DNA of 63,790 nucleotides, the filler included, from Limisphaerales bacterium (GTDB lineage: Bacteria; Verrucomicrobiota; Verrucomicrobiia; Limisphaerales; SIBE01): the NCBI GenBank assembly GCA_044225505.1. It is 8 parts of 8 records of this genome, joined end to end, with 100 filler letters (N's around TTAATTAATTAA, not from the genome) between each part and the next. Parts side by side here need not be neighbours in the genome. Positions count along the whole stretch, not along the records: positions 17,954 to 26,623 come from JBGAIN010000256.1; positions 26,724 to 35,384 come from JBGAIN010000257.1; positions 35,485 to 44,097 come from JBGAIN010000258.1; 5 more parts are not named here. One strand, written 5' to 3'. Of this stretch, positions 21,880 to 36,063 are shown one piece after another. Within the stretch, counting starts at the first letter, position 1; every line of letters starts with the position of its first letter. The notes under the pieces are model-generated. The model did no database searches. It saw only the letters and a list, made by a program, of their open reading frames with translations, and had not been told where the DNA came from. A program made the position numbers and the translations under genes.

Positions 21880-22086
21880 CGTCTCGTTGGATATTATCTA
21901 CACTAAGTAACTGGGATTCAGTCCAAACTACAAGGAACCGTTTCAATACGGACTGTCCAACCGCCAAATTGCCCTCACTCAGGCAAGGAACCATTTTCTC
22001 GATGCCCAAAGTAACCTTTCCGCACTCCCAAGAGTCTTTGATTGTGTCCCATTGGAGAGAAAAGACCGCACTCAACTAATTACGTT

Positions 22087-22842
22087 ATGAATAGAAACCT
22101 TCTCATTGCGACTCTGATGATGGCCACGGCGTCGCTCCTGGCCGCAGAAGTCGCTCCTAAAGATGCCGTCGCGAACGCTGCCAAAAAGCTCGCTGATCAA
22201 ACGAACTACTCCTGGAAAACCAGCACTGAACCCGCTGGCGGCGGTGGTGGTGGGGGTGGTGGCGGCGGCGGACGCGGCTTTGGCGCAGGCACAACCGAGG
22301 GTAAGATTGAGAAGGGGGGACATACTGTCTTGACCATCACGCGGGGCGAAAACACCACCAAAGCCGTCCTTAAAGGGGAAAAAGGGGCGATCCGCACTGC
22401 GGACGGATGGCAAACCTTGGCTGAGGCTGCCGAAGATCAAGGCGGTGGTGGGGGTGGCGGGAACCGCGGCCGATTCACTGCTCGCATGTTGCAGACCTTC
22501 AAAGCTCCCGCAGCCGAAGCGCAAGAGCTGATCGCCAAAGTCAAAGAGCTCAAGGAAGAAGGCGGTGCTTATTCCGGTGACCTGACGGAAGAAGGCGCGA
22601 AATCGCTCCTCCGCTTTGGAGGTCGAGGGGGTGGCGGCGGGCCTGAAATCAGTGGTGCTAAAGGTTCAGTCAAATTCTGGATCAAAGACGGGACCCTGAC
22701 GAAATATCAAACCCACGTCAAAGGCTCGATGTCGTTCAATGGCAACGATCGCGAAATCGATCGAACCACGACGGTCGAGATCAAAGACGTCGGGACAACC
22801 GCCGTTGATGCACCCGCCGAAGCGGTCAAGAAGATCTCGTAG
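22087..22842 (+). CDS. Secreted hypothetical protein with poly-Gly inserts
   Basis: Signal peptide MNRNLLIATLMMATASLLA; three Gly tracts (GGC/GGT/GGG codons); coding-like composition. Confidence 0.8.
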   Translation: MNRNLLIATLMMATASLLAAEVAPKDAVANAAKKLADQTNYSWKTSTEPAGGGGGGGGGGGGRGFGAGTTEGKIEKGGHTVLTITRGENTTKAVLKGEKGAIRTADGWQTLAEAAEDQGGGGGGGNRGRFTARMLQTFKAPAAEAQELIAKVKELKEEGGAYSGDLTEEGAKSLLRFGGRGGGGGPEISGAKGSVKFWIKDGTLTKYQTHVKGSMSFNGNDREIDRTTTVEIKDVGTTAVDAPAEAVKKIS

Positions 22843-22868
22843 CTCGGAAAGACGGTATTGGGTTACCA

Positions 22869-22900
22869 AGCGCGGCTGATCCTTCGGGTTCAGCCGCGCT
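22869..22900. terminator. GC-rich hairpin with a UUCG loop between convergent genes
   Basis: AGCGCGGCTGA-TCC-TTCG-GGT-TCAGCCGCGCT, 26 nt after stop 22842; the U-tract is weak. Confidence 0.5.
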
Positions 22901-23123
22901 GCCATTTCTGATTCGCACGGACCGCGGCTGTTTTGCCAGACCCGCCGCAGACTCAAACCAACCGAGGTAAGTCCTTGTGGTCCGGGAACAAACAGTTTCT
23001 TAACAGCGGATCAATCCTTGATAATCTGCAGCTAGGCTTCGGCATAGCCGCGCCCCGCGAAACCAGGTAATGGTCGCTGCCGATGCGGTTCCTTGGCCAA
23101 CCCAGAACGGTCCAGGCCAAGCC

Positions 23124-24215
23124 TTAAATGACGGCTGCCTTCACACAGTGAATGGGCGGCAGCGAGTCAAATAAACACTCCCACCCTTCACCGCCCTCGC
23201 GGCCGATCCAGAGTTGGCCAGTCGTGGTGCCGAAATAAAGGGCGGGCGAACTCAGTTCATCGATATCCATCGCGTCCCGCAACACCGTGAAGTAACTCTC
23301 CTTTTTCGGAAATCCTTTGGTCAATTTCCGCCAGGAACTTCCCCCGTTCTCGCTCCGCCAGACCGCTGGCGCTCCGCCTGGGCATGTCCGGGTCGCCGTT
23401 TCCAGCGGCACCACATAAACTGTATCGGGCTTATCCGTGTGCACCACGATGGGAAAGCCAAAGTCCGACGAGAGTCCCGCGGCGATCGATGTCCAGGTGC
23501 GCCCGTAATCGTCACTCCGCAACACCCCGGACCCAGGGCTGTCTGGAAACCCACCGTGGTTCTGCATGTAAAGCCGGCCAGGCTTGGCTGGATGCCGCGC
23601 GATCTTATGCACGCACTGGCCAAACTCCGGCTGCGTATCCGGCATAAACCCCGCTGGAACCCCTTGATTGGACGCTTGGAAAGTCTGCCCCCCATCTTCA
23701 CTGAGGTAATGTCCGCCCGTGGAAATGCCCAGGTGCACGCGGCTGCCATCCCGCACGATCGTGTGCAAACAAAGTCCCCCATTCCCCGGAGACCATTTCC
23801 GCGAATGTTCATGGTTGCTAATGCCCGGGACCATTTCCCAACTGTCGCCGCCGTCCGAACTCCGAAACAGGGCAGCGGGTTCCACTCCACACCAGAGCTC
23901 CTTCTTGTCTGGCCCAGGCTCAATCGACCAGATGTTAGCCAACGCCCGGCCATCTCCTTGGGGAAAGGCCGGCGCCGACTTCGTCTCTTTAAACGTTTTT
24001 CCCAAGTCGTTTGAACGCAACACTTTCATGCCAAAAAACGCATTGCAGCTCGAGGCGTAAATCCGCGGAGTCCCGCGCGTATCGGTCAGAGCGCTGTTGA
24101 CTCCCACACCCTCCCCAAACGGCCCGCGCAACACGAAACGACGCCGCGCTTTCGGTGATTCAGCAATGAACAATCCTTTTTTTGTACCGATGCAAAGCAG
24201 AACGCGATTTGCCAT
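23124..24215 (-). CDS. Cytoplasmic BNR/Asp-box (sialidase-like) beta-propeller protein
   Basis: Repeated S-x-D-x-G-x-[TS]-[WF] boxes (SNDLGKTF, SSDGGDSW, SEDGGQTF, SDDYGRTW, SENGGSSW); no signal peptide. Confidence 0.88.
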   Translation of the reverse strand: MANRVLLCIGTKKGLFIAESPKARRRFVLRGPFGEGVGVNSALTDTRGTPRIYASSCNAFFGMKVLRSNDLGKTFKETKSAPAFPQGDGRALANIWSIEPGPDKKELWCGVEPAALFRSSDGGDSWEMVPGISNHEHSRKWSPGNGGLCLHTIVRDGSRVHLGISTGGHYLSEDGGQTFQASNQGVPAGFMPDTQPEFGQCVHKIARHPAKPGRLYMQNHGGFPDSPGSGVLRSDDYGRTWTSIAAGLSSDFGFPIVVHTDKPDTVYVVPLETATRTCPGGAPAVWRSENGGSSWRKLTKGFPKKESYFTVLRDAMDIDELSSPALYFGTTTGQLWIGREGGEGWECLFDSLPPIHCVKAAVI

Positions 24216-24218
24216 TTT

Positions 24219-24521
24219 TTACCCTCCGGAGACGGACGGCAGGACGGTCACCCTGTCGCCTGGCACGACGGGCGACTCCAATCCGTCTCGATCTCTGATG
24301 TTATCGACATTGACGAATACGTTGACGTGACGACGCACCTTTCCAGTTTCGTCGCAGATCCGGACGTAAAGCTCCGGATACCGCTTCTCCAACTCCATCA
24401 AAACGCCCCGAACACTCCCAGCCAGACACCGCACAGTCGCTCCTCCGACATACTCACGGAGCGGCGCGGCTAACTCCACCGTTACCACTCCGGACTGATC
24501 CGTTGAGCGCCCTTTTTTCAT
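24219..24521 (-). CDS. MoaD/ThiS-family ubiquitin-like protein
   Basis: Beta-grasp pattern RRHVNVFVN...GDRVTVLPSVSGG with terminal Gly-Gly. Confidence 0.9.
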   Translation of the reverse strand: MKKGRSTDQSGVVTVELAAPLREYVGGATVRCLAGSVRGVLMELEKRYPELYVRICDETGKVRRHVNVFVNVDNIRDRDGLESPVVPGDRVTVLPSVSGG

Positions 24522-24678
24522 CCGTCACCTCGCCGTCCGATTCGACCGGCGATTCCAGGCCTGGACATACCTTCTGCCTTGGGAGGACTCATTTCGCATA
24601 CGGGTTCGGCTGGAGAAGGACTGTATTCCCTTCCCCAAGACCGTCAAACCTTCTCTCCACAGCGAGAACCAGGGCCAG

Positions 24679-25137
24679 CTAGCGCAGCAGGCTCTCGACC
24701 TGGTCCTGAAACGCTGTTTCCAATCCCAAACGCGCTTGGATCCGCTCCATCACCGGGCATTGCTCCACCACCTCGCGCACTTCGACCCTTCCGCCCTGGT
24801 CTAACCCTGGGCAACTCCGGGCAATCGCCACCGCTTCGTCCATCGTCTCCACTGCCAGCAGCAGATATCCGCCGAGCGCTTCTTTCGTTTCGGGATAGGG
24901 ACCATCGGAGATCACACGTCGTTCTTTCCCCACCACCACCTTACCGTCTCGGGCCAGCGCGTTGCCTCCGCGAATCTTGCCGGATTTGGCCAAACTTTCG
25001 GTCCACGCTGTCAGCCTTTGCAGAGCGACGCGAAGCTGGTCGTCCGTCAAACGTTTGTCCCAGTCGTCGCCGCTGAAAAACATCATGTAGCCTGGATGCT
25101 CCTTGGCGTCGTTTAATTTTGTCGGGTCACAGTTCAT
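24679..25137 (-). CDS. YciI/DGPF-family protein
   Basis: SDGPYPETKEALGGYLLL...DEAVAIARSCP...VEVREV; ATG 25137 has GGAGA upstream. Confidence 0.85.
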   Translation of the reverse strand: MNCDPTKLNDAKEHPGYMMFFSGDDWDKRLTDDQLRVALQRLTAWTESLAKSGKIRGGNALARDGKVVVGKERRVISDGPYPETKEALGGYLLLAVETMDEAVAIARSCPGLDQGGRVEVREVVEQCPVMERIQARLGLETAFQDQVESLLR

Positions 25138-25287
25138 AAAGATTTTATTGTTCTCTCCTGGAAACGACGAACGACCGACATTCCAAAGGACATCCCCGTT
25201 CACTTTTCTTTCGAAAAAATCCCAGGACGCCCTCCTCCCTCCAGGGCGCTTCCGCACCACCACGAAATTGCTGCGCTCCGCCAGGTC

Positions 25288-25316
25288 TTGGACTGCGGTC
25301 GCCCTCTACCGCTTTT
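25288..25316. repeat. REP-like imperfect palindrome TTGGACTGCGGTCGCCCTCTACCGCTTTT
   Basis: GCGGT/ACCGC stem; resembles GGA[CG]TGCG...CGCTTT extragenic repeats recalled from PVC/Acidobacteria genomes. Single copy in this window. Confidence 0.4.
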
Positions 25317-25390
25317 CGGACGCATTGACGCCCGCGCCGTCAGCGAAACCGTCCCCCACCTCTCACAACGCGCACCCTCATTTCAGCGTT

Positions 25391-26623
25391 TCAGCGTTTC
25401 AGAACACCGTCCTTACGGCTTCCCTCCACTCGCTTCCAGATCGCCCGCGGAGAGATCCGCGCCTTTAAGCGATAGAGTAAGCTGTAAAGACCCATTTCCG
25501 CACGCGAGACAAATGCAAAATCCGGGTTCGCGAGCTTATCCTGCATGGACTTTCGGATGGCGTCCGCCTGCACGGCCACGAGCTCGCCCTTGCCGCAATC
25601 CACAGGCTCATGGGCTGCCGCGCCTTCTGGAAACCAAATGCCCGCCAGCGCCTCCAAGCTCGGCACCAGCCGCTTTGCGCGCGCATAGGGCACATCCGCC
25701 CCAACCACCAATGCGAGGATCTCGCGAGCTTCTCTCTCGCCCGCTCGCCAACTCCGCGCCACGCAACCGCGCACCAACGCTCCAGCGTCGAACTCAATCC
25801 GTTTCACACATCCGAAATCGATCAGTCCCACATGCCCATTGGGTTGGAAGAGATAGTTGCCCGGATGCGAATCCGCATGCAACGCGCGCAGCCAGCGCAA
25901 TTGCACGTAATAAAGTTCCAGGAGATGATCTCCAATCCGATGGCAGATCGCAGCGGGCGGACGGCCTTCCAGAAATCGATCGATGGCAACGCCCTCAACC
26001 AAAGACATGGTCAGCACGCGGTCAGTGGTCAGATCACGGAAAACGGTCGGCACCGTCACAAATTCCAGATGTTTGAACCCTTCCGCGAACAACTCGATGT
26101 TCTTCGCTTCATGCAGGTAATCGGTTTCTTCCAGGAAACCACGTTCGACTTCGTTGAGTATCGCCACGGGCAAATGTCCGCTCATCCGCGCGGGCACCAT
26201 GGCCGTGCGCAGCAGCCGGAAGTCGTTCTCAATGGCCGCCCGAATCGCTGGATACTGAATCTTCACCGCCACTGCCTGCCCTTGCCGCGTCAGCGCGCGA
26301 TGCACCTGGCCCAGTGACGCCGCGGCGAACGGTTCCGGATCGAACTGCCGGAACACTTCCTCTGGGTATTTCCCCAAGGAACTCTTGAATTGCGCGCGAG
26401 CCAAGGTCGGATGCATCCCAGGCGCTTGCATTTGCAGCCCGGACAGTTCCTTTGTGACCGCTTCGGGTAAGAGCTTGTTCTGGACGCTCAACAATTGCCC
26501 CAGCTTCATCGCTGCGCCTTTGAGCGTCCCAAGTTCTTCCCGCACCCGTTGCGAGGAAGCACGCTCAAACTTACGTTGCCGCTCCGGGCTTTCTCCCAGC
26601 AATAGGTTCTGGGCTTGGTATCC
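25391..26623 (-). CDS. ABC1/AarF/UbiB-family atypical kinase (5'-truncated)
   Basis: KGAAMKLGQ, AAASLGQVH, VAVKIQYP, HADSHPGN, IDFG; frame open to the contig edge. Confidence 0.9.
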   Translation of the reverse strand, partial: GYQAQNLLLGESPERQRKFERASSQRVREELGTLKGAAMKLGQLLSVQNKLLPEAVTKELSGLQMQAPGMHPTLARAQFKSSLGKYPEEVFRQFDPEPFAAASLGQVHRALTRQGQAVAVKIQYPAIRAAIENDFRLLRTAMVPARMSGHLPVAILNEVERGFLEETDYLHEAKNIELFAEGFKHLEFVTVPTVFRDLTTDRVLTMSLVEGVAIDRFLEGRPPAAICHRIGDHLLELYYVQLRWLRALHADSHPGNYLFQPNGHVGLIDFGCVKRIEFDAGALVRGCVARSWRAGEREAREILALVVGADVPYARAKRLVPSLEALAGIWFPEGAAAHEPVDCGKGELVAVQADAIRKSMQDKLANPDFAFVSRAEMGLYSLLYRLKARISPRAIWKRVEGSRKDGVLKR

Positions 26624-26723
26624 NNNNNNNNNNNNNNNNNNNNNNNNNNNNNNNNNNNNNNNNNNNNTTAATTAATTAANNNNNNNNNNNNNNNNNNNNN
26701 NNNNNNNNNNNNNNNNNNNNNNN
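26624..26723. other. Artificial contig linker
   Basis: N44-TTAATTAATTAA-N44. Confidence 0.99.
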
Positions 26724-29658
26724 TGACGGCCAGAATGGTATCGCGGACGGGCTCAGCCTCGAGGCGTCGAGGAGGAAATCGCCAGAGCAGTCGTGCACTG
26801 GCATCCGCCGCGAGCGCGTTGGACCGAGGAGTGCTCGCTTGACGATAGGTGGCCGAAAGAACGATCAGGCGTTGCACATGCTTAATGCTCCACCCGGAGT
26901 CACGAAACTCACTCGCCAGCCAGTCGAGCAGGTCCGGGTGCGATGGAGCCCCGCCCATCCGTCCAAAATCGCTGGGGGTGCTGACTAGCCCCTGGCCAAA
27001 GTGGTGCTGCCACAGACGGTTGACCAGAACGCGGGCGGTGAGCGGGTTATTCGAGTCGGTCAGCCACCGCGCCAACGCCAGTCGCCGTTGCTGCTCAGGA
27101 GTTTCCGCCGGAAGAGTCAATTCCGGAGTGACGCGCTGGAGGCCGCCAGGAGCAATTTGCTCTCGTTTTTGAAGAGGTTCACCCCGTTGCAGCCGGTAGG
27201 TGGGCCCGGGCTGCTCAAAGCGTCCGGCGTACAGCATCGGGAAACTGGTCAGCGCCTTAAGTCGCTGCTCCGACGAGCGCTTGTCGGCCAAGAGCCGGTT
27301 CAACTGGTTTGTCTCGACGCTCAACAAGCCAGTCGTTGCTAAGACCAAGACCGGTTCCGAGCCCACTTGATACGATTCCCTGTCCCGCTCGTTGGCCACC
27401 ACTTGCCAATCCCCTGGCGTCAAGGCCGTCTCGATCTGGTACTCAGTGGCCAAACGATCTGTGAATTGACCGTCGCGATCGCGTCCCCAGACCACTCGGT
27501 CAATTCGCACTAGTTCTGGGAACTCCAGCTGGACCCAGCCTTTGCCCGAGTGGTCGGAAACCCAGCTGTGAGCATTGCCGAACTGACCGTCATTCAGATG
27601 TTCGAGCGTGTGAAATGGACTGCCCGAAAAAGTGCCCGAAGTCGTCGCTTTAGCTCCGAGCTTTGCCAGCGCGAGATTGCGCGGCGGCGATTCTGTCGAG
27701 TAAACCTCCAGCTCGTCGAGAGCTGGCTCCGCGCCGGTCGTCGCTAGAATGTTGAATCGGACAAAGCGTGCCTGGACTGGTGGGAAGCGATCGACGTTTT
27801 GGCGTGAGTTGACCGCGGGCCGCCGAGGCGCTTGCCCAGCCACCTGATGCCAAGTGTTGCTTTCGGACAGCACCTCGATGCTGTAGACGGTAGACAAACG
27901 GTCCTTGTACCCCCCTTCTCGATCACGCCCCCAGAGCACTCGATGGATCTGGGCGGGTTCAGCCAAATCGATCTCGACCCAACCTCGTCCACGCTCGTTC
28001 GAAATCCAGCTCCGCGCGTTGCCGTAGCGTCCGTCATTCAGATGCTCGAGTTTGTGCAGGGCCGAATCTGGATACGTGCCCGACGCGCTGAGCTTTACCG
28101 CGGGGCTCGCCAGCGCCAGGTTCCGATCCGGTGCCGCAACCCCGAAAACTTCCAACTCGTCCAGACACGGTTCGGCGCCGTCGGCCGTGTGGTAAACGGT
28201 AAAGCGAACGGCTTTTGCCAGCAACGGCTCAAACTCTTCGATGTTGAGTTTGGCCTGAGGAACCTGCCCTCGGCCGGCCGAACCGCGCAACGGCTGGGCG
28301 ACAGGGGCGAACGACAGCAGTTGGAGTTGAAGACGGGCGAGAGTTTCACGCTCGTCCTTCGCTTGCGCCATTCGCTCGGAATAATCGACCGGACGGCGAA
28401 CACGCTCGCCATGCTGAACGCCCGCGAATACCGCTTGCATCGCGTAGTAATCCTGCTGAGAGATGGGGTCAAACTTGTGATTGTGACAGCGCGCACAACC
28501 GACAGTCAGCCCCAGAAACGCGCTCCCAGTCGTCGCCACCATGTCGTGAAGTTCGTCCATGCGCTGCTGGGAAGTCAGATTGATATCGGGGCTTTTGACG
28601 GCGTCGTAGGCGCCGCCGACCAAGAATCCAGTCGCTTCATCCGCGCCAACCGCGTCTCCCGCGAGTTGTTCGATCACAAACTGGTCGTAAGGCTTGTCGT
28701 CGTTAAACGCGCGGATTACGTAATCGCGGTAGGGCCAGGCATTGGGACGTTCGGCATTCATTTCAAAACCGTGGCTCTCGGCGAACCGCACGACATCCAG
28801 CCAATGCCTTGCCCAACGCTCCCCATAGTGCGGCGAAGCCAAGAGCCGATCCACCAGGTTCTCGTAAGCTAACCCACTATCGTCCGCGAGAAAACGGGCG
28901 ATCTCCTCGGGCGCGGGAGGCAGCCCAATCAGCGTAAAGTACAAGCGCCGAACCAAAGTTAACGGATCGGCTTCGGTCGAAGGAGTGAGTTTGGTTGCCT
29001 CCAATCGGGCCAGGATGAAGCGATCGATCGGATTGCGCCCCCACTCCGACGGTGTCACCAATGGTAAGGCCGGCCTCATGATTGGCTGGAGCGCCCAGTG
29101 GGGACGCTCGGTTGCGATCTCGTGGATCGTGGCGTTTGTCGACCTCACAACAGCGCTCTCAGGCCAGACGGCGCCTTGATCGATCCAAGCTCGGACCAAA
29201 CCAATCTGCTCGGAGGAGAGGGCAGCCCCTTTACCGGTTGGCGGCATCTCCATATCTTCGACAAGTCGGGCGATGAAATGGACCAACGGACTTTTCGCAC
29301 TGTCACCCGGAACGACGTCGACTCCTCTATCGCCGCCCTGGAGCAGCCGAGCTTTCGACGTGAGAGCAAACCCGCTCTTTGGATTTTCGGCGCCGTGACA
29401 TTTTAAGCAGGCGCTGGAGAACAGCGGCTGGATGTCGTGCGTGAAATCGATGGTCCGCGCCGCGGGCGGGGGGAGTTGAGAGAGGTCCAGTGGGGCGGCC
29501 TGTGCTCTGAATACGGCGGTAGCAATGAGCACGCACGCAAGGCCCGTGGAGAACAGGGCAACCAGCCGATCTCGGTGGGCGCGATCGTGAGATCGCCGGC
29601 CCTCGCGCGCCGGACACAGGCGCGAGTGATATAGAAAGCAAGAATTGCCTCGGAACAT
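26724..29658 (-). CDS. Cytochrome c / DUF1549 / DUF1553 protein with two discoidin (F5/8C)-like inserts (3'-truncated)
   Basis: [52 protein letters not shown]. Start uncertain (29658 or 29730). Confidence 0.88.
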
Positions 29659-29836
29659 GAGCGACGGATGACAGCGAGACGATATACTAAATCCGGGCGC
29701 TGACACAACTCGGGATTTGCTTGGCAGCATAATCGACGACACGCCATCGGCGCTTCACGAAAGGCGCGCGCATGCGGACGGTTGTGCGCCAGCTCAAGCT
29801 CGTAACCGGATTGGCCGTGAACACCGGCCCAAGGCG

Positions 29837-31303
29837 TCAGGCTAAAATGTCTTTAACCACGTTCCCGTGGATGTCGGTAAGTCGAAAATCGCGGCCCTGA
29901 AATCTAAAGGTGAGCTTCTCGTGATCAATCCCCAGGCAATGCAGAATCGTAGCGTTTTGATCGTGGATGTGCACGGGGTTCTCGACGACGTTATAGCAAT
30001 ACTCGTCCGTCTGGCCGTAGCTCATCCCAGGCTTAATCCCCCCGCCCGCCATCCAAATACAGAAGTTCCTTCCATGATGGTCTCGGCCGTAATTGTCTTT
30101 CTCAATGGTTCCCTGGCAATAGACCGTTCGACCGAATTCGCCACCCCAGATCACGAGCGTGTCGTCGAGCAAGCCTCGTTGCTTGAGGTCTTTCACCAGG
30201 GCGGCACTGGGTTGATCTGTATCTTTGCATTGCTCACGGAGTCGGCGCGGGAGATTGGTATGCTGATCCCAACCCCGATGGTAAAGCTGCACGAATCGGA
30301 CGTCGCGTTCTGCCATGCGGCGCGCCAGGAGACAGTTGTAAGCAAACGACCCTGGCTTTTTGACATCCGGGCCATACATCTCCAGCACCGAGTCTGGCTC
30401 TTTGGAAATGTCGGTCAAATCGGGAACGGACGTCTGCATGCGAAAGGCCATTTCATATTGAGCCACGCGCGTGTTGATCTCCGGATCGGAATAACAGTCA
30501 AATTGCTTAGAGTTCAGAGCGGACAACGCATCGAGCACCTGCCGCCGCGAGGCACTCGTGATGCCGGGCGGGTTCGAGAGAAATAATACCGGGTCCGCCC
30601 CGGCCCGAAACTGAACTCCTTGAAAATCGCTCGGCATGAATCCGGCGCTCCAGAGGCGCTGGTAAAGCGGCTGATCACTCTCCTTCCCGCTCGAGATCAT
30701 GACAATGAACGAGGGCAGATTTTCGTTGGCTGATCCAAGGCCGTAAGACAGCCACGAGCCAAAGCAAGGCCGACCTGGCTGTTGAAACCCGGTTTGAATA
30801 TAAGTAATCGCTGGGTCGTGGTTGATCGCCTCGGTGTTTATCGTCTTTAGAATACAGATGTCATCGACCACTCCGGCGGTATGCGGCAATAGTTCACTAA
30901 CCCAAGCCCCGGATTTACCATACTGCTCGAACTTGAACATCGAATCGACGACCGGCAAAGATTTCTGGCCAGAGGTCATCGTCGTAATGCGCTGGCCCAT
31001 TCGGACGCTCTCTGGAAGTTCGGACTTATGCCAGTTGGCGAGTTTCGGTTTATAGTCGAATAGGTCAATCTGGGAAGGTCCGCCGGCCATAAACAAGTAA
31101 ATCACTCGTTTGGCCCGTGGGGGAAAGTGCGGTTTTTGCAGAGCGGCTTTGAGCGCTGCGGCCTCTGAGCTGCCAAGCAACGAGGGTTTCAGCAGAGAGG
31201 CCAAGGCCGCCACGCCTATGCCCGTCGCTGTTCGACCAAAGAAATGGCGGCGCGTCATCAAAAGCTCACGCTCGCGTAAGGGAGAGGAATAGGAAGAAGC
31301 CAT
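29837..31303 (-). CDS. DUF1501 domain protein, Tat-type leader
   Basis: TRRHFFG leader; [24 protein letters not shown]; paralog of 6001-7455. Confidence 0.92.
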   Translation of the reverse strand: MASSYSSPLRERELLMTRRHFFGRTATGIGVAALASLLKPSLLGSSEAAALKAALQKPHFPPRAKRVIYLFMAGGPSQIDLFDYKPKLANWHKSELPESVRMGQRITTMTSGQKSLPVVDSMFKFEQYGKSGAWVSELLPHTAGVVDDICILKTINTEAINHDPAITYIQTGFQQPGRPCFGSWLSYGLGSANENLPSFIVMISSGKESDQPLYQRLWSAGFMPSDFQGVQFRAGADPVLFLSNPPGITSASRRQVLDALSALNSKQFDCYSDPEINTRVAQYEMAFRMQTSVPDLTDISKEPDSVLEMYGPDVKKPGSFAYNCLLARRMAERDVRFVQLYHRGWDQHTNLPRRLREQCKDTDQPSAALVKDLKQRGLLDDTLVIWGGEFGRTVYCQGTIEKDNYGRDHHGRNFCIWMAGGGIKPGMSYGQTDEYCYNVVENPVHIHDQNATILHCLGIDHEKLTFRFQGRDFRLTDIHGNVVKDILA

Positions 31304-31308
31304 GCGAC

Positions 31309-34926
<3,618 letters not shown>

Positions 34927-35122
34927 ACCTACTGAGAACAACTTTTTCCCGGCCTATGGCAAGGCCGGGATTGCCTTGCATCCTAAAATTTTTTCAAGTT
35001 TAAGCAAGCTTTGAGAACAGATCGATTTTGCCGTGTGGGCTCGTCCTCGCGCACAGAACTGCCCAAGCCATGTTCTACGGAAACGACTGTCCGGGCCCGG
35101 TTTTGCCCGCTATCCTTTTCCC

Positions 35123-35384
35123 ATGCGCACCAGTCTATTCCTCGCGTTGTTGCCACTCAGCACCATGCTCCTCAGGGCCGACGTCGACCCATTGCTGCCA
35201 ATCGAGAAGAAAGTCAGCCATAGTTACGCCACAAACAACGGGGTCCGCATCCACTCTGCCTCGCTAGGCCAAGGACCGTTGGTCGTGATGATCCATGGCT
35301 TTCCAGACTATTGGCTGACATGGCGCTACCAGATGGATGCGCTCTCGTCGAACTATCATGTCGTCGCCCTGGACCAGCGGGGCT
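35123..35384 (+). CDS. Alpha/beta hydrolase, epoxide-hydrolase-like (3'-truncated)
   Basis: [20 protein letters not shown]...VVALDQRG. Confidence 0.85.
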
Positions 35385-35484
35385 NNNNNNNNNNNNNNNN
35401 NNNNNNNNNNNNNNNNNNNNNNNNNNNNTTAATTAATTAANNNNNNNNNNNNNNNNNNNNNNNNNNNNNNNNNNNNNNNNNNNN
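35385..35484. other. Artificial contig linker
   Basis: N44-TTAATTAATTAA-N44. Confidence 0.99.
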
Positions 35485-35970
35485 AAAGAACCGTTCGAAG
35501 CCTTGGCGTGACGGCTCGCCGCTAGACCCCGGTCCTCCGAGCCCCCACTTTCCGAAAGCTCCCGTATGGTATCCAAGTCCTCGAAGAGCTTTCGAGAGAG
35601 TCGTCACGCTCTCGGGCAGCGGGAATTGGCCTTCCGGTCGCATTTCCCGGTTGTCACGAATCCAAGCATGGCCAGGATGTTGCCCGGTCATGAGAACACA
35701 GCGCGACGGCGCGCACACGGGACTTCCCGCGTAATGTTGAGTTAGCCGCATTCCCCCGGCGGCCAAACGATCCAAATGGGGCGTGCGGATCTTTGCTTGG
35801 CCATAGCAGCCCAGATCACCGTAGCCCAAATCATCGGCGAGGATGAAGATCACATTGGGCTGCCGTTCGGACGCATGGACGACCGCGGCACCGGCCAAGC
35901 CAAGCAAACCCGCAACCGCAATCTGGCGCGCGAGACCAAGGCAACTGTAAATCCGCTTGAGGCAGTGCAT
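35485..35970 (-). CDS. Arylsulfatase, Cys-type formylglycine-dependent (3'-truncated)
   Basis: [20 protein letters not shown] signature, [13 protein letters not shown]. Confidence 0.92.
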
Positions 35971-36063
35971 GGTCAAGGTTGACAAACAACTGCGGGCGCG
36001 TCCAGTCGGCGAACCGATGAGGCAGGCATTGACAGGCGAACGGAAGCCCGCAGGATCGTTGCT

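Noticed and set aside
22236..22275. GGY trinucleotide run as a phase-variation tract
   Set aside because: In-frame mixed Gly codons; slippage by whole codons would not shift the frame.
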